From an uncultured Gammaproteobacteria bacterium (lineage in GTDB: Bacteria; Patescibacteriota; Patescibacteriia; UBA11705), in NCBI GenBank assembly GCA_964413735.1, contig CAYPSS010000001.1:246149-309697 (forward strand): DNA of 63,549 bases, in the 5' to 3' direction. The notes below the pieces were generated by a model, which did no database searches, was not told the DNA's origin, and was given only the letters and a program-made list of their open reading frames with translations. Below, piece by piece: positions 44,553 through 55,423 of the stretch (the first letter of the stretch is position 1; every line of letters starts with the position of its first letter). Made by a program: the position numbers and the translations under genes.

Positions 44553-44746
44553 CTAAAATAAGCCAAATATTGTCAATAATGATGAAAATGGCGTTAGACC
44601 TTGCATATTTTTAATAATCTGCTATAATATTTCGTGAATTAATATTTTAATAAAAATAATAAATTATTAACTAATTGTGGTTGGCTAAAACCTGAATCTG
44701 CAATAAAATAACGCGATTCTGGGCCACAAAACAGGAGAATAAAAAC

Positions 44747-45934
44747 ATGGCTGGCGTATTTGAACGAACAAAACCACATGTTAATGTGGGAACAATTGGT
44801 CACGTTGACCACGGTAAAACAACTTTAACCGCGGCTATTTTGGCTTATTTATCAACTCAAGGTAAAGCTAAGGCCCGTTCAGTGGATGCAATTGATGTTG
44901 CTCCCGAAGAAAAACAACGCGGTATTACTATTAACACCTCTCATGTTGAATATGAAACCGACAAGCGTCATTATGCGCACGTAGATTGTCCGGGTCATGC
45001 TGATTATGTGAAAAACATGATTACCGGTGCCGCTCAAATGGACGGTGCGATTTTGGTGGTGGCTGCTACTGATGGTCCAATGCCTCAAACTCGAGAACAT
45101 ATTTTGCTTGCTAGACAGGTAGGTGTTCCTTATATCGTAGTATTTTTGAATAAGTGCGATATGGTTGAGGAAAAAGAATTGATTGATTTGGTAGAAGAAG
45201 AAGTCCGTGAATTATTGAAAAAACAAGAATACCCAGGAGATGATGCTCCGGTGGTTCGTGGTTCAGCATTAAAGGCTTTGGAAAACCTAACTGACCCTGA
45301 AGCAATTAAACCAATTCAAGAGTTAATGGATGCGTTAGATGCTAAGGTTCCGGAACCGACTCGTGATACTGATAAACCTTTCTTAATGCCGGTTGAAGAT
45401 GTATTTTCTATTGAAGGTCGTGGAACTGTAGTGACTGGTAGAATTGAACGCGGTATGATCAAATTAAACGATGAAGTTGAAATCGTTGGTTTGAAAGATA
45501 CTACCAAAACTGTTGTTACCGGAATTGAAATGTTTAACAAGACCTTAGGTGAGGGGCAATCTGGTGATAATGCCGGTTTGTTGCTTCGCGGTACCAAAAA
45601 AGAAGATGTTGAACGCGGTCAAGTTTTGGCTCAACCGGGAACCGTTACTCCTCATTCAGAATTTGAAGGTGAAGTTTATGTTTTGACCAAAGATGAAGGT
45701 GGACGACATAAACCGTTTTTCAAAGGTTATAAGCCCCAATTTTATATTCGAACTACCGATGTTACCGGTGAAGTGACTTTGCCGGAAGGCGTAGAAATGG
45801 TTATGCCGGGTGACACGATTACTTTTAAAGTAAAATTGATTACTCCGGTAGCTTTGGAAGAACAACAACGATTTGCTATTCGTGAAGGTGGCCGAACCAT
45901 TGGTGCTGGCGTGGTAACCAAGATTATTAATTAA
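44747..45934 (+). CDS. tuf: Elongation factor Tu
   Basis: [33 protein letters not shown]. Confidence 0.99.
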   Translation: MAGVFERTKPHVNVGTIGHVDHGKTTLTAAILAYLSTQGKAKARSVDAIDVAPEEKQRGITINTSHVEYETDKRHYAHVDCPGHADYVKNMITGAAQMDGAILVVAATDGPMPQTREHILLARQVGVPYIVVFLNKCDMVEEKELIDLVEEEVRELLKKQEYPGDDAPVVRGSALKALENLTDPEAIKPIQELMDALDAKVPEPTRDTDKPFLMPVEDVFSIEGRGTVVTGRIERGMIKLNDEVEIVGLKDTTKTVVTGIEMFNKTLGEGQSGDNAGLLLRGTKKEDVERGQVLAQPGTVTPHSEFEGEVYVLTKDEGGRHKPFFKGYKPQFYIRTTDVTGEVTLPEGVEMVMPGDTITFKVKLITPVALEEQQRFAIREGGRTIGAGVVTKIIN

Positions 45935-45945
45935 TCCCAAAAGAC

Positions 45946-46275
45946 ATGTCAGACGTAAAAGATAAAAATGCCAGCCAACGAATTCGAATCAAAATTCGTG
46001 CTTATGATAGCAAGATCATTGATCAATCTTGCAAGACTATTTTAGAAGCCAGTGAACGTACCGGTGCGGAAGTTTCCGGTCCGATTCCTTTGCCGGTTGA
46101 AAAAAAGAAAATAACTGTTAATCGTTCAACCTTTGTGCACAAGGATGCTCGTGATCAATATGAAATGCGTATTCATAAGCGATTGATTGATATTATTAAT
46201 CCGACCCCGCAGACAATTGATTCTTTGACGAATTTAAATCTGCCGGCCGGTGTCGATGTAGAAATTAAAATGTAA
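45946..46275 (+). CDS. rpsJ: 30S ribosomal protein S10
   Basis: [24 protein letters not shown]. Confidence 0.98.
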   Translation: MSDVKDKNASQRIRIKIRAYDSKIIDQSCKTILEASERTGAEVSGPIPLPVEKKKITVNRSTFVHKDARDQYEMRIHKRLIDIINPTPQTIDSLTNLNLPAGVDVEIKM

Positions 46276-46402
46276 GTTTTGCGTGCCTGAGATAATAACC
46301 GTTTCATTTAGAAGCGAAGTGTTAATTCCGGCATTCATCACTAAGGAATTGAAAATTGGGATTATAGGACTAATTTATTAAAATGACTTAAGATATTCCG
46401 GT

Positions 46403-46432
46403 AAAGAGCCGGGCGTTAAGTCCCGGCTCTTT
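46403..46432 (+). terminator. Strong hairpin between rpsJ and rplC
   Basis: aaagagccggg-cgttaagt-cccggctcttt, 11-bp stem followed by attttc. Confidence 0.55.
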
Positions 46433-46450
46433 ATTTTCCGCTAAATATAT

Positions 46451-47275
46451 ATGAAATTCATTCTAGGTAAAAAATTAAACATGACACAACGGTTTCAAGA
46501 AAATGGAACGGTTGTTCCGGTAACAGCGATTAAGGTTGGTACTTGTTTGGTAGTGCAAAAGAAAACCATGGAAAAAGATGGTTATACGGCTGTTAAATGT
46601 GCTTATCAAGAAAAGAACAAGGTTAGTCAAGCATTGCGAGGGATTTTTAGTAAATTCGGGAAAACAAATTACCAATATTTGCGTGAATTTCGTTTGACGG
46701 AAAATGATCCGATGTATAGTAAGCTAAATGAAGGTGATGTGATTACCATTGATTCTTTTGTGGTTGGTGATCAAGTTACGGTACAAGGTTATTCCAAAGG
46801 TAAAGGTTTCCAAGGTGTGGTGAAACGACATGGTTTTGGTGGTGGTCGTAAATCACATGGTAATAAAGATCAGTTACGAATGCCCGGTTCAGCCGGGGCG
46901 ACCGGTCCGGCCCATGTTTTTAAGGGTATGCGAATGGGTGGTCGAATGGGTTTTGATTTGGTCACAGTCAAGGGCTTGGAAGTTATTGAAATTAATAAAG
47001 AAGAAAATATTGTTTATTTAAAAGGTGCTGTTCCGGGAGCGCGTAACGGTGTTATCTCTTTGGTGACTGATGGTGAGTTTGAGGTGGTTAAACCCATTAT
47101 CGAAGCAGAAAACAAAGTTGAACCAGTTTCGGTTGAAGCGGAAAATATTTCGACAGCGTCGGCAGAACCAGAACAAGTTGAAGAAACACCGGCTGTAGAA
47201 GTGAAAGAATCAACTGACGAAATTTCAGTCAGTGAGCCAGTAGCAGCTGATAGTATTACAGAAGAAAAAAAATAA
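46451..47275 (+). CDS. rplC: 50S ribosomal protein L3 with an acidic C-terminal tail
   Basis: GKGFQGVVKRHGF, RMPGS, LKGAVPG. Confidence 0.97.
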   Translation: MKFILGKKLNMTQRFQENGTVVPVTAIKVGTCLVVQKKTMEKDGYTAVKCAYQEKNKVSQALRGIFSKFGKTNYQYLREFRLTENDPMYSKLNEGDVITIDSFVVGDQVTVQGYSKGKGFQGVVKRHGFGGGRKSHGNKDQLRMPGSAGATGPAHVFKGMRMGGRMGFDLVTVKGLEVIEINKEENIVYLKGAVPGARNGVISLVTDGEFEVVKPIIEAENKVEPVSVEAENISTASAEPEQVEETPAVEVKESTDEISVSEPVAADSITEEKK

Positions 47276-47305
47276 TATAGATTACTACTTATTTATCAAA
47301 GATAT

Positions 47306-48019
47306 ATGTCACATAAAGTAAAGGTATACAATGAAAAAGGTGAAGCGGTGAAAGACATTGAATTGTCTCCGGCTGTTTTTTCCGTGAAAATTAACCCATC
47401 GGTTATTCATCAAGTTATTTTGGCTTTACAAGCTAATAGTCGCTTGAATTTGGCCCACACCAAAGATCGTAGTGAAGTTCGTGGTGGTGGTCGTAAACCA
47501 TGGAAACAAAAAGGTACCGGTCGAGCACGACACGGATCTATTCGTTCTCCTTTGTGGGTTGGTGGTGGTGTGACATTTGGCCCACGCAATGATCGAAATT
47601 TTTCTCAGAAAATAAACAAGAAGATGAAGCGTAAAGCTTTGTGTATGAGTTTAAGCGATCGAGCGCAGTCAGGTATGTTAAAAGTTTTGGAAATGATTGA
47701 TTTTAATGAATTTAAGACAAATCGAGTAGTTAATTTATTAAAAAAATTAGATTTAACTAAAAGTGTATTAATTGTTAGTGACAAGGCGAATTTGAAATTG
47801 GTAAAATCAGTAGCTAATCTGCCAAAGGTGGAAATGATTGAAGCGCGAAATTTAAATGTTTTAGAAGTGGCCAAATATCAAAATTTATTGATTATGGAAG
47901 GGGCTTTGGAAAAAATTGAAAAAACATTTTTAGATAATAAAAAGGAAAAAGTTGAAATTAAGAAAAAAGAAGATAAAGTGATGGTAAAAAAAGCAGTTAA
48001 AAAATCAAGTAAAAAGTAA
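47306..48019 (+). CDS. rplD: 50S ribosomal protein L4
   Basis: GGGRKPWKQKGTGRARHGSIRSP. Confidence 0.97.
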   Translation: MSHKVKVYNEKGEAVKDIELSPAVFSVKINPSVIHQVILALQANSRLNLAHTKDRSEVRGGGRKPWKQKGTGRARHGSIRSPLWVGGGVTFGPRNDRNFSQKINKKMKRKALCMSLSDRAQSGMLKVLEMIDFNEFKTNRVVNLLKKLDLTKSVLIVSDKANLKLVKSVANLPKVEMIEARNLNVLEVAKYQNLLIMEGALEKIEKTFLDNKKEKVEIKKKEDKVMVKKAVKKSSKK

Positions 48020-48033
48020 GATAAACCAAATAT

Positions 48034-48507
48034 ATGGGTTTGATTAAAAACATTTTCAAAAATGAAAGCGACAAAGATCAGAAAAATACAGTGGCTCAAT
48101 CAGGTGCTGTTCAATCTGATGCAGTTTCAGTTGACAATGATGTGACTGAGAATAAAAATGTTTCCGGTAACAAGAAACAAACTAAAGTCGTAGCAAGTAA
48201 TAATAAGAAGAAGAAACAAGATTCTGATGCTTTTCGAATTTTGTCTGCTCCGGTAATTACGGAAAAGGCGACTGATTTGGCGCAGGTCGGTAAATATATT
48301 TTTGCGGTTCCGGTAAAAGCAACCAAATCACAAGTAATTGAAAAAATTGAAAATGTTTATGGTGTTTCCCCATTAAAAGTAAATATGATTTATGTGACTG
48401 GGAAAAAGGTTCGTCGTGGTCGACAATGGGGTAAACGCAATGACTGGAAAAAAGCCATTGTTACATTACCGGCTGGAGAAAAATTAGAAATTTACGAAGG
48501 TGTATAA
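48034..48507 (+). CDS. rplW: 50S ribosomal protein L23 with an N-terminal extension
   Basis: PVITEKAT, WKKAIVTL. Confidence 0.93.
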   Translation: MGLIKNIFKNESDKDQKNTVAQSGAVQSDAVSVDNDVTENKNVSGNKKQTKVVASNNKKKKQDSDAFRILSAPVITEKATDLAQVGKYIFAVPVKATKSQVIEKIENVYGVSPLKVNMIYVTGKKVRRGRQWGKRNDWKKAIVTLPAGEKLEIYEGV

Positions 48508-48532
48508 TAAAGAAATCAATTAGCAATTATAT

Positions 48533-49372
48533 ATGGGTATTAAAGTTTATAAACCAATTAGCAATGCGCGACGCCAAATGAGTGTCGACACCTTTTCCGA
48601 TATTACGAAGAAAAAACCGGAAAAATCATTAATTGTAATTAAAAAGAAAACCGGTGGCCGCAATGCCAGTGGAAAGGTTACGGTTCGTCATATTGGTGGC
48701 GGTAACAAGCAATATGTGCGCGTAATTGATTTTAAACGCGATAAATTTGATATCCCGGGTAAAGTCGTGAGTATTGAGTATGATCCAAATCGTAATTGTC
48801 GAATTGCCTTAGTTAATTATCCGGATGGAGAAAAACGTTATATTCTTGTTCCAGCTGATTTGAAAATCGGCGATCAAATTATTTCATCTCGCAAGCCGGT
48901 AGAAATTAAATCAGGTAATACAACGGCAATTGAAAATATCCCGGTTGGCATGATGATTTATAATATTGAATTATCGGTTGGTCAAGGAGGAAAAATCGTA
49001 CGTTCAGCTGGAGCGCAAGCTAAATTAATGGCTATTGAAGGTAGATACGCACAAGTGAAATTACCGTCATCGGAAATTCGATTGATTCCTCGTGAATGTT
49101 TGGCAACCATGGGACAAGTTGGTAATGCGGAAATTCGACATATTAAGGTTGGCAAAGCTGGTCGGAAGAGACACATGGGTATTAAGCCGACGGTTCGCGG
49201 TAAGGCGATGAATCCGGTTGATCATCCTCATGGTGGTGGTGAAGGTCGTAATCCGATTGGTTTGAAGCGTCCGAAAACTCCGTGGGGTAAGATTGCTTTG
49301 GGTGGTAAAACCAGAAAAAACAAGAAAACCGATAAATTCATAATTCAAAGACGCAAAAAGCGTAGTCGCTAA
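48533..49372 (+). CDS. rplB: 50S ribosomal protein L2
   Basis: [19 protein letters not shown]. Confidence 0.98.
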   Translation: MGIKVYKPISNARRQMSVDTFSDITKKKPEKSLIVIKKKTGGRNASGKVTVRHIGGGNKQYVRVIDFKRDKFDIPGKVVSIEYDPNRNCRIALVNYPDGEKRYILVPADLKIGDQIISSRKPVEIKSGNTTAIENIPVGMMIYNIELSVGQGGKIVRSAGAQAKLMAIEGRYAQVKLPSSEIRLIPRECLATMGQVGNAEIRHIKVGKAGRKRHMGIKPTVRGKAMNPVDHPHGGGEGRNPIGLKRPKTPWGKIALGGKTRKNKKTDKFIIQRRKKRSR

Positions 49373-49394
49373 GTTAATAAGATTATAATATAAT

Positions 49395-49679
49395 ATGGCA
49401 AGAAGTATTAAAAAGGGACCAAATATTGATGAAAGACTTTTAAAAAAGCTTATCAGTTTAAAGCCGGGCGATCGGGTTAAAACTTGGTCTCGAAGTGCGA
49501 CAATCACTCCGGAAATGGTTGGTTTTACATTTTTGGTGCATAATGGTAAAGATTTTTTAGAAGTTCGAGTAGTTGAAAATATGGTTGGTCATAAATTGGG
49601 AGAATTTGCTCCAACGCGAAAGTTTTTCCGTCATGGTGGAAAAATGCAAAAAGAAATCGAAAAAAAAGCCAATAACTAA
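49395..49679 (+). CDS. rpsS: 30S ribosomal protein S19
   Basis: [22 protein letters not shown]. Confidence 0.97.
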   Translation: MARSIKKGPNIDERLLKKLISLKPGDRVKTWSRSATITPEMVGFTFLVHNGKDFLEVRVVENMVGHKLGEFAPTRKFFRHGGKMQKEIEKKANN

Positions 49680-49711
49680 TTGAATAATAGATAAATAAAT
49701 AAATTTAATAT

Positions 49712-50302
49712 ATGGAAGTTTCCGCCAAATTAAAGTATAGTCGAATCGCCCCGCGTAAATCACGGTTAGTGGTTAATGTTGTTCGCGGTATGGCGGTAGA
49801 GTCGGCGCTTGATCAATTGAAATCCATGAATTTGAAAGCAGCGGGTTTGATTTTGAAATTATTAAAATCAGCGATTGCCAATGCGGAAAATAATTTTAGT
49901 TTGCAACGCTCTAATTTGTTTATTAAAGCTATTACTGTAGGTGAAGGTCCGATTTTATATCGTTGGATGCCTAAAGCTATGGGCCGAGCGACTCCGATTC
50001 GAAAGAAAACTTCACATATTGAAATTGTTTTAGCGGAAAAAAATCCCACTCAAGATAATAAAGCAAAATCAAAAAAATCGGCAAAAGTTTCCGCAAAGCT
50101 GGATAGCGCTCCTGCCACTGTTGAACCGGAAAAAGTTAAAAATATTGATGAAAAAATCAGTGAAGAACAAGAACAACAACACGGTAAGGAAATTTTTGAT
50201 AAAGCTATGGTTGGTAAACATCGACATAATGAAAATTTAGATAAAAAAAATAAGAAAGGCAAAGGTTTTCTGAAGAAAGTATTTCAAAGAAAATCTGTTT
50301 AA
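49712..50302 (+). CDS. rplV: 50S ribosomal protein L22 with a long C-terminal extension
   Basis: APRKSRLV, SAIANAE, KTSHI. Confidence 0.95.
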   Translation: MEVSAKLKYSRIAPRKSRLVVNVVRGMAVESALDQLKSMNLKAAGLILKLLKSAIANAENNFSLQRSNLFIKAITVGEGPILYRWMPKAMGRATPIRKKTSHIEIVLAEKNPTQDNKAKSKKSAKVSAKLDSAPATVEPEKVKNIDEKISEEQEQQHGKEIFDKAMVGKHRHNENLDKKNKKGKGFLKKVFQRKSV

Positions 50303-50308
50303 TATTTT

Positions 50309-51010
50309 ATGGGAAAAAAGATTAATCCAAAAGTTTTTCGCCTCAAGAATGTGATCAATTGGGAATCGCGATGGTTTGCCGATAAAGATTTTGATAAACG
50401 TTTGAAAGAAGATGTTCAAACAAAAGATTATTTGCGTAAAAAGTTGCTTGAAGCTTCAGTTTCCAAGATTGAAATTGAACGATCTGCCAAAGAAGTTAAT
50501 GTTATTATTCATTCCGCTCGCCCGGGAGTAATTATTGGTAAGGGCGGAGTAGGCGCGGAAGATTTGCGTAAACATATCAGCCGTCAATTTATTAAGAACA
50601 AAAATGTTAAAGTAAATATTAATATTAAGGAAGTTAGCAAACCAAATTTGGAAGCGGCTTTGGTAGCGCAAGGAATTAAGTTTGATATTGAAAAGCGTAT
50701 TCCTTTCCGTCGGGCCATGAAGCAGGCGATTCAAAAAGTGGAACGAGCCGGAGCATTGGGAGTTAAGGTTATTGTGGGTGGGCGATTAAATGGTTCGGAA
50801 ATTGCTCGTTCAGAAATGTTGGTAAGCGGCAAGTTGCCTTTACATACCATCCGTGCCGATATCAATTATGCGGAAGAAAAAGCATTTACCACTTATGGCG
50901 TAATTGGTGTCAAAGTTTGGATTTATCGCGGTGATGTATTCAAAAGTCGTCGTGTTGAAACCAAAGAAGATAATAAAGAAAAGTCCAATGTTAAAGTTAA
51001 TGTAAAATAA
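50309..51010 (+). CDS. rpsC: 30S ribosomal protein S3
   Basis: MGKKINP, RPGVIIGK, GRLNGSEIAR, TYGVIGVKVWI. Confidence 0.97.
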   Translation: MGKKINPKVFRLKNVINWESRWFADKDFDKRLKEDVQTKDYLRKKLLEASVSKIEIERSAKEVNVIIHSARPGVIIGKGGVGAEDLRKHISRQFIKNKNVKVNINIKEVSKPNLEAALVAQGIKFDIEKRIPFRRAMKQAIQKVERAGALGVKVIVGGRLNGSEIARSEMLVSGKLPLHTIRADINYAEEKAFTTYGVIGVKVWIYRGDVFKSRRVETKEDNKEKSNVKVNVK

Positions 51011-51013
51011 TAT

Positions 51014-51436
51014 ATGTTAATTCCGAAAAAAGTAAAACATCGAAAATGGCAAAAGGGGCGAGGACGTTTTCGCGCCAAAGTGGCCACTACTTTAATCAAT
51101 TTGGATTATGGTGATTTTGGTTTAAAAGCGACAACCGCCGGTTGGGTAAATTCCAGACAAATTGAAGCTGCTCGTCGATCCATTGTTCGATATTTGAAAA
51201 AGGGTGGCAAGTTGTGGATTCGTATTTTCCCGGATAAACCAATTACTTCCAAAGGGACTCATTTTACCATGGGATCAGGAAAAGGATCACCGGAATATTA
51301 TGTGGCGGTGGTTAAACCGGGAACAGTATTGTTTGAAATGAGTGGCATTAGTCGGGACTTGGCGCAAGAATGTTTATTGGCAGCAGCTCATAAATTGCCG
51401 GTTAAATGTCGTTTTATTGAGTTTAATGAAATTTAA
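51014..51436 (+). CDS. rplP: 50S ribosomal protein L16
   Basis: IEAARR, WIRIFPDKP, MGSGKG. Confidence 0.97.
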   Translation: MLIPKKVKHRKWQKGRGRFRAKVATTLINLDYGDFGLKATTAGWVNSRQIEAARRSIVRYLKKGGKLWIRIFPDKPITSKGTHFTMGSGKGSPEYYVAVVKPGTVLFEMSGISRDLAQECLLAAAHKLPVKCRFIEFNEI

Positions 51437-51451
51437 TTCTGGATAAAATAT

Positions 51452-51637
51452 ATGAAAATCAAAGAATTACGAGAAAAAAAACAGGCGGATTTGGAAAAAA
51501 TGCTTTTGGAATTAACACAAAAAATTCAGGATTTGAATTTTAAAGATGCCAATAAACAATTAAAAAATGTTCGTGAAATTCGTATGGTAAAAAAGACCAT
51601 TGCGAGAATCAAGACATTATTAAAAGAAAGTAAATAA
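51452..51637 (+). CDS. rpmC: 50S ribosomal protein L29
   Basis: KELR..., KKTIARIKT; position in the operon. Confidence 0.93.
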   Translation: MKIKELREKKQADLEKMLLELTQKIQDLNFKDANKQLKNVREIRMVKKTIARIKTLLKESK

Positions 51638-51638
51638 T

Positions 51639-51893
51639 ATGACCGTCAATAATGAAAAAAAATCACGCCGCTTACGAGGAATCGTTGTTAGCGATAAAAT
51701 GGACAAGACGGTTGTCGTGCGGATTGATGAAGTTAAAAATCATCCGGTATATGCTAAAAAAGTTACTCATAGCATCAAATTGAAAGCGCATGATGAAAAA
51801 AATGAATATAAAATTGATGATGTGGTAATTATTGAGGAATGCCGTCCGCTTAGCCGAGATAAAAAGTGGTTAGTGGTGGAAAAAGTTAAATAA
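51639..51893 (+). CDS. rpsQ: 30S ribosomal protein S17
   Basis: VVSDKMDKT, AHDE, ECRPLS. Confidence 0.96.
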   Translation: MTVNNEKKSRRLRGIVVSDKMDKTVVVRIDEVKNHPVYAKKVTHSIKLKAHDEKNEYKIDDVVIIEECRPLSRDKKWLVVEKVK

Positions 51894-51920
51894 TATATAA
51901 AGTGATAAGTTAAATATTAT

Positions 51921-52292
51921 ATGATACAACCGCGTACAATGCTACAGTCAGCCGATAATACGGGAGCAAAAAAGCTTCAATGTATTAAGGTTTACGGTGG
52001 TTATAAAAAACGTTATGCTCGATTAGGTGATATGATCACTTGTTCGATCAAAGAAGCTAAACCACATTCCGGAGTAAAAAAAGGTGAGGTGGTGCAGGCG
52101 GTTTTGGTTCGAGCGAAAAAAGAAACTCGTCGATCTAACGGTACTTATATTCGTTTTGATGAAAACGCGGTGGTTATTATTGACAAGAAAAGCGGTGAAC
52201 CAAAAGGGAGTCGTGTTTTTGGTCCTATCGCTCGAGAATTGCGAAAAAAAGGATTTAATAAAATAATTTCATTAGCCCCTGAGGTATTATAA
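51921..52292 (+). CDS. rplN: 50S ribosomal protein L14
   Basis: [22 protein letters not shown]. Confidence 0.98.
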   Translation: MIQPRTMLQSADNTGAKKLQCIKVYGGYKKRYARLGDMITCSIKEAKPHSGVKKGEVVQAVLVRAKKETRRSNGTYIRFDENAVVIIDKKSGEPKGSRVFGPIARELRKKGFNKIISLAPEVL

Positions 52293-52298
52293 AATAAT

Positions 52299-52664
52299 AT
52301 GGCACAAAAGATAAAAACGGGCGATAAAGTGCAAATCATTGCCGGTAAAGATCGCACCAAAAAAACCAGTAAAGGTGAAAAAACCGCCAAAGCTAACCAA
52401 GGCAAGGTGACTCAGGTTTTGATTAATGAAAATAAATTGGTCGTTGAAGGTTTGAATGTTCAATATAAACATTTACGACCGCGCAAAGCTGGTGAAAAGG
52501 GACAAAAAATTGAATATCCATCACCACTTGATATGTCCAATGTAATGCTGGTTTGTCCCAAATGTAATCAACCGGTTCGAGTGGGTTTCCAAATTTTAGA
52601 TGGTGAAAAAGGACAAAATAAAAAAGTGCGAGTTTGTAAAAAATGTCATCAAGTGATTGATTAA
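52299..52664 (+). CDS. rplX: 50S ribosomal protein L24
   Basis: GDKVQIIAGKDR KOW motif, VEGLN, SNVML. Confidence 0.95.
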   Translation: MAQKIKTGDKVQIIAGKDRTKKTSKGEKTAKANQGKVTQVLINENKLVVEGLNVQYKHLRPRKAGEKGQKIEYPSPLDMSNVMLVCPKCNQPVRVGFQILDGEKGQNKKVRVCKKCHQVID

Positions 52665-52688
52665 TAATTTCAATATAATTTATTTAGT

Positions 52689-53231
52689 ATGCAAGAGCTG
52701 AAAAAAATATACCGTGAACAAATCATTCCAAAATTAAAGGAAGATTTCGGTTATAAAAATAATTTGCAAGTGCCAAATCTGAAAAAGGTGGTGCTTAATG
52801 TTGGAATCGGCGCCGGATTAAAGGATGGTGATTTTGTCGAAACGGTACAAAATAATTTGGCTCGAATTTCCGGACAAAAACCAGTCAAAACTTTAGCGAA
52901 AAAAGCGATTTCTAGTTTCAAGATTCGTCAAGGAATGGTTGTGGGGGTAAAAGTTACTTTACGCGGTGATCGTATGTGGGATTTTGTGGAAAAACTGATT
53001 AAGATTACTTTGCCTCGTGTTAAGGATTTTCGTGGCATCAGCGATAAAGGTTTTGATGGCCAAGGAAATTTTTCTTTGGGATTTAAGGAACATTTACCTT
53101 TCCCGGAAATTAAACCTGATGAAGTTGAACGTATTCATGGCTTGGAACTATCTATTGCTACCAGTGCAAAAAATAATAAGGAAGCCAAAGCTTTTTTGGA
53201 ATATTTGGGCTTTCCATTTAAAAAAGATTAA
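52689..53231 (+). CDS. rplE: 50S ribosomal protein L5
   Basis: VVLNVG, FKIRQG, VTLRG, FPEI. Confidence 0.97.
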   Translation: MQELKKIYREQIIPKLKEDFGYKNNLQVPNLKKVVLNVGIGAGLKDGDFVETVQNNLARISGQKPVKTLAKKAISSFKIRQGMVVGVKVTLRGDRMWDFVEKLIKITLPRVKDFRGISDKGFDGQGNFSLGFKEHLPFPEIKPDEVERIHGLELSIATSAKNNKEAKAFLEYLGFPFKKD

Positions 53232-53244
53232 TCGAAATATATTT

Positions 53245-53430
53245 ATGGCAATTAAATCACAGATTGCAAAATCAAATAGAAAACCGAAATTTTCAACTCG
53301 AATCGTACGTCGTTGTTGGCGTTGTGGTCGTAATCACAGTTTTATTCGCCGTTTTGGTTTATGCCGCATTTGTTTTCGAGAACTGGCAGAGCGGGGTGAA
53401 ATTACAGGCGTAACTCGCAGTAGCTGGTAA
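53245..53430 (+). CDS. rpsN: 30S ribosomal protein S14 (zinc-binding type Z)
   Basis: ATG 53245; RCWRCGR...CRICFRE...SSW. Confidence 0.95.
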   Translation: MAIKSQIAKSNRKPKFSTRIVRRCWRCGRNHSFIRRFGLCRICFRELAERGEITGVTRSSW

Positions 53431-53475
53431 AATATCAAATAATTTATATCAATAAATGTTAAATAATGTAATATT

Positions 53476-53865
53476 ATGACAGATCCAATCGCTGACATGC
53501 TAACAAGAATTAGAAATGCCCAGATGGCAAGAAAATCTGAGGTATATATTCCATTTTCCAAAATTAAAATGGCGATTGCCGAAATAATGCAAAAGCACGG
53601 CTATATCAAATCAGTGGAAAAAGTGGAAAATCAATTTGCGGAAATTAAAGTGGTTTTGAAATATAATGAAAGTCGTTTACCGCAAATTCATAGTTTGAAA
53701 CGCGTAAGTAAGGCCGGTAGCCGAATTTATGTTAATAAGGATAGTATGAAGTCGGTTTTAGGCGGACGCGGGATTAGTATTGTTTCTACCTCCAAAGGGT
53801 TAATGACCAACAAAGAAGCGCGTCAAGCCGGTGTTGGTGGAGAATTAATTTGTGAAATTTATTAA
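53476..53865 (+). CDS. rpsH: 30S ribosomal protein S8
   Basis: MTDPIADMLTRIRNA, STSKG, GGELIC. Confidence 0.98.
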   Translation: MTDPIADMLTRIRNAQMARKSEVYIPFSKIKMAIAEIMQKHGYIKSVEKVENQFAEIKVVLKYNESRLPQIHSLKRVSKAGSRIYVNKDSMKSVLGGRGISIVSTSKGLMTNKEARQAGVGGELICEIY

Positions 53866-53870
53866 AAAAT

Positions 53871-54416
53871 ATGTCTAGAATAGGAAAAAATCCAATAATT
53901 ATTCCCGCCGGTGTGCAAGTAACATTGGATGCGTTGGAAATAAAGGTTAAGGGCCCAAAGGGCGAGTTGGCACAAGCATTACATCGTCAAGTTAAGGTTG
54001 AACAGCAAGAACAAAGTTTGATGGTAACGGTGAAAAACCCGGAAGATAAAAAACAACGTGCTTTGTGGGGTCTTTATCGTAGTTTAATTCAAAATATGGT
54101 CGTGGGTGTTAATGAAGGATACAAAAAAGAATTGGAAATTAACGGAGTTGGTTTTAAGGCGGAAGTACGTGGAAATGTTTTGGTGTTAAATGTTGGTTAT
54201 TCTCATCCGGTAGACTTTTCTATTCCGGCCGGAATTAAGATTGAAGTTAATAAGAATGTTATTGCCGTAACTGGGATTGATAAACAATTTGTTGGTGAAA
54301 TTGCCGCTAATATTCGTAAGATTCGCAAACCAGAACCATATAATGGGAAAGGTATTAAATATCTAGATGAAGTCATTAAGCGAAAAGTCGGTAAAACAGC
54401 CGGCAAAACCGAATAA
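53871..54416 (+). CDS. rplF: 50S ribosomal protein L6
   Basis: [23 protein letters not shown]. Confidence 0.98.
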   Translation: MSRIGKNPIIIPAGVQVTLDALEIKVKGPKGELAQALHRQVKVEQQEQSLMVTVKNPEDKKQRALWGLYRSLIQNMVVGVNEGYKKELEINGVGFKAEVRGNVLVLNVGYSHPVDFSIPAGIKIEVNKNVIAVTGIDKQFVGEIAANIRKIRKPEPYNGKGIKYLDEVIKRKVGKTAGKTE

Positions 54417-54436
54417 TTGAATTGATAAAATATAAT

Positions 54437-54793
54437 ATGTTAAATTTGGAAAAAGCAAAATTAAATAAAGCGATTCGACGTAAAAATCGTACCCGAGCAA
54501 AAATTTCCGGAACGGCGATTAAGCCACGTGCCAGTGTTTTTCGTAGCGCTAAATATATTTATATCCAATTGATTGATGATCAATCAGGTAAAACATTGGT
54601 GTCTGCGTCAAGTCGTGAATTAAAAGCAAAAGGGAAACCCATGGAAATAGCAATGGAAGTGGGGAAATTACTGGGTAAAAAAGCAGCGGAGAAAAAGATT
54701 TTAGAAGTGGTTTTTGATCGTAATCGTTATAAATATCACGGTCGTGTTAAAGCATTGGCGGATGGAATGCGCGAAAGTGGTTTAAAATTTTAA
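54437..54793 (+). CDS. rplR: 50S ribosomal protein L18
   Basis: [24 protein letters not shown]. Confidence 0.96.
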   Translation: MLNLEKAKLNKAIRRKNRTRAKISGTAIKPRASVFRSAKYIYIQLIDDQSGKTLVSASSRELKAKGKPMEIAMEVGKLLGKKAAEKKILEVVFDRNRYKYHGRVKALADGMRESGLKF

Positions 54794-54818
54794 TAATTGA
54801 ATTGAATTATATAATCTT

Positions 54819-55418
54819 ATGGTAAAAATGAAGCGCAAATCAGGCCCAAACGGCGCTGCGGAAAAAGAATTTGAGCAACGAATGATTGATATCGCGCGTG
54901 TTACTCGTGTTATGGCGGGTGGCAAACGTATGCGTTTTCGCGCGTGCGTAGCGATCGGCGATCGAAAAGGTCGTTGCGGTATTGGTTTGGCCAAAGGCGC
55001 TGATGTTACTTTGGCGATAAATAAAGCTGTTAATCAAGCGAAAAAAAACATGATTGAAATCCCGTTAATTAATGGGACGATTCCTCATCGTGTTTATATC
55101 AAGCATGGTGCAGCGAAAATTTTGTTAAAACCGGCTCCGCTTGGTACCGGTGTTAAAGCCGGAGGTGCGGTGCGGATGGTTTTGGAATTGGCCGGTGTTC
55201 CCAATATTGTGACAAAAATTTTAGGTACCAATAACAAAGTGAATAACGTTCGCGGTTTATTGGTGGCTTTGCAAAGTTTTGTGTTGACGGACAAGGATAA
55301 ACAATCAAAAGATAAAGTGGTAAAGGTTGAACCGAAAAAAGTTGAAAAATCAGAAATTAAAAAACCGGTGGTGAAAAAAGCCGTTGTTAAAAAATCAGAT
55401 GATAAGAAAAGTAAATAA
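54819..55418 (+). CDS. rpsE: 30S ribosomal protein S5 with a Lys-rich tail
   Basis: RVTRVMAGG, PAPLGTG.KAGG. Confidence 0.96.
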   Translation: MVKMKRKSGPNGAAEKEFEQRMIDIARVTRVMAGGKRMRFRACVAIGDRKGRCGIGLAKGADVTLAINKAVNQAKKNMIEIPLINGTIPHRVYIKHGAAKILLKPAPLGTGVKAGGAVRMVLELAGVPNIVTKILGTNNKVNNVRGLLVALQSFVLTDKDKQSKDKVVKVEPKKVEKSEIKKPVVKKAVVKKSDDKKSK

Positions 55419-55423
55419 TTTTT

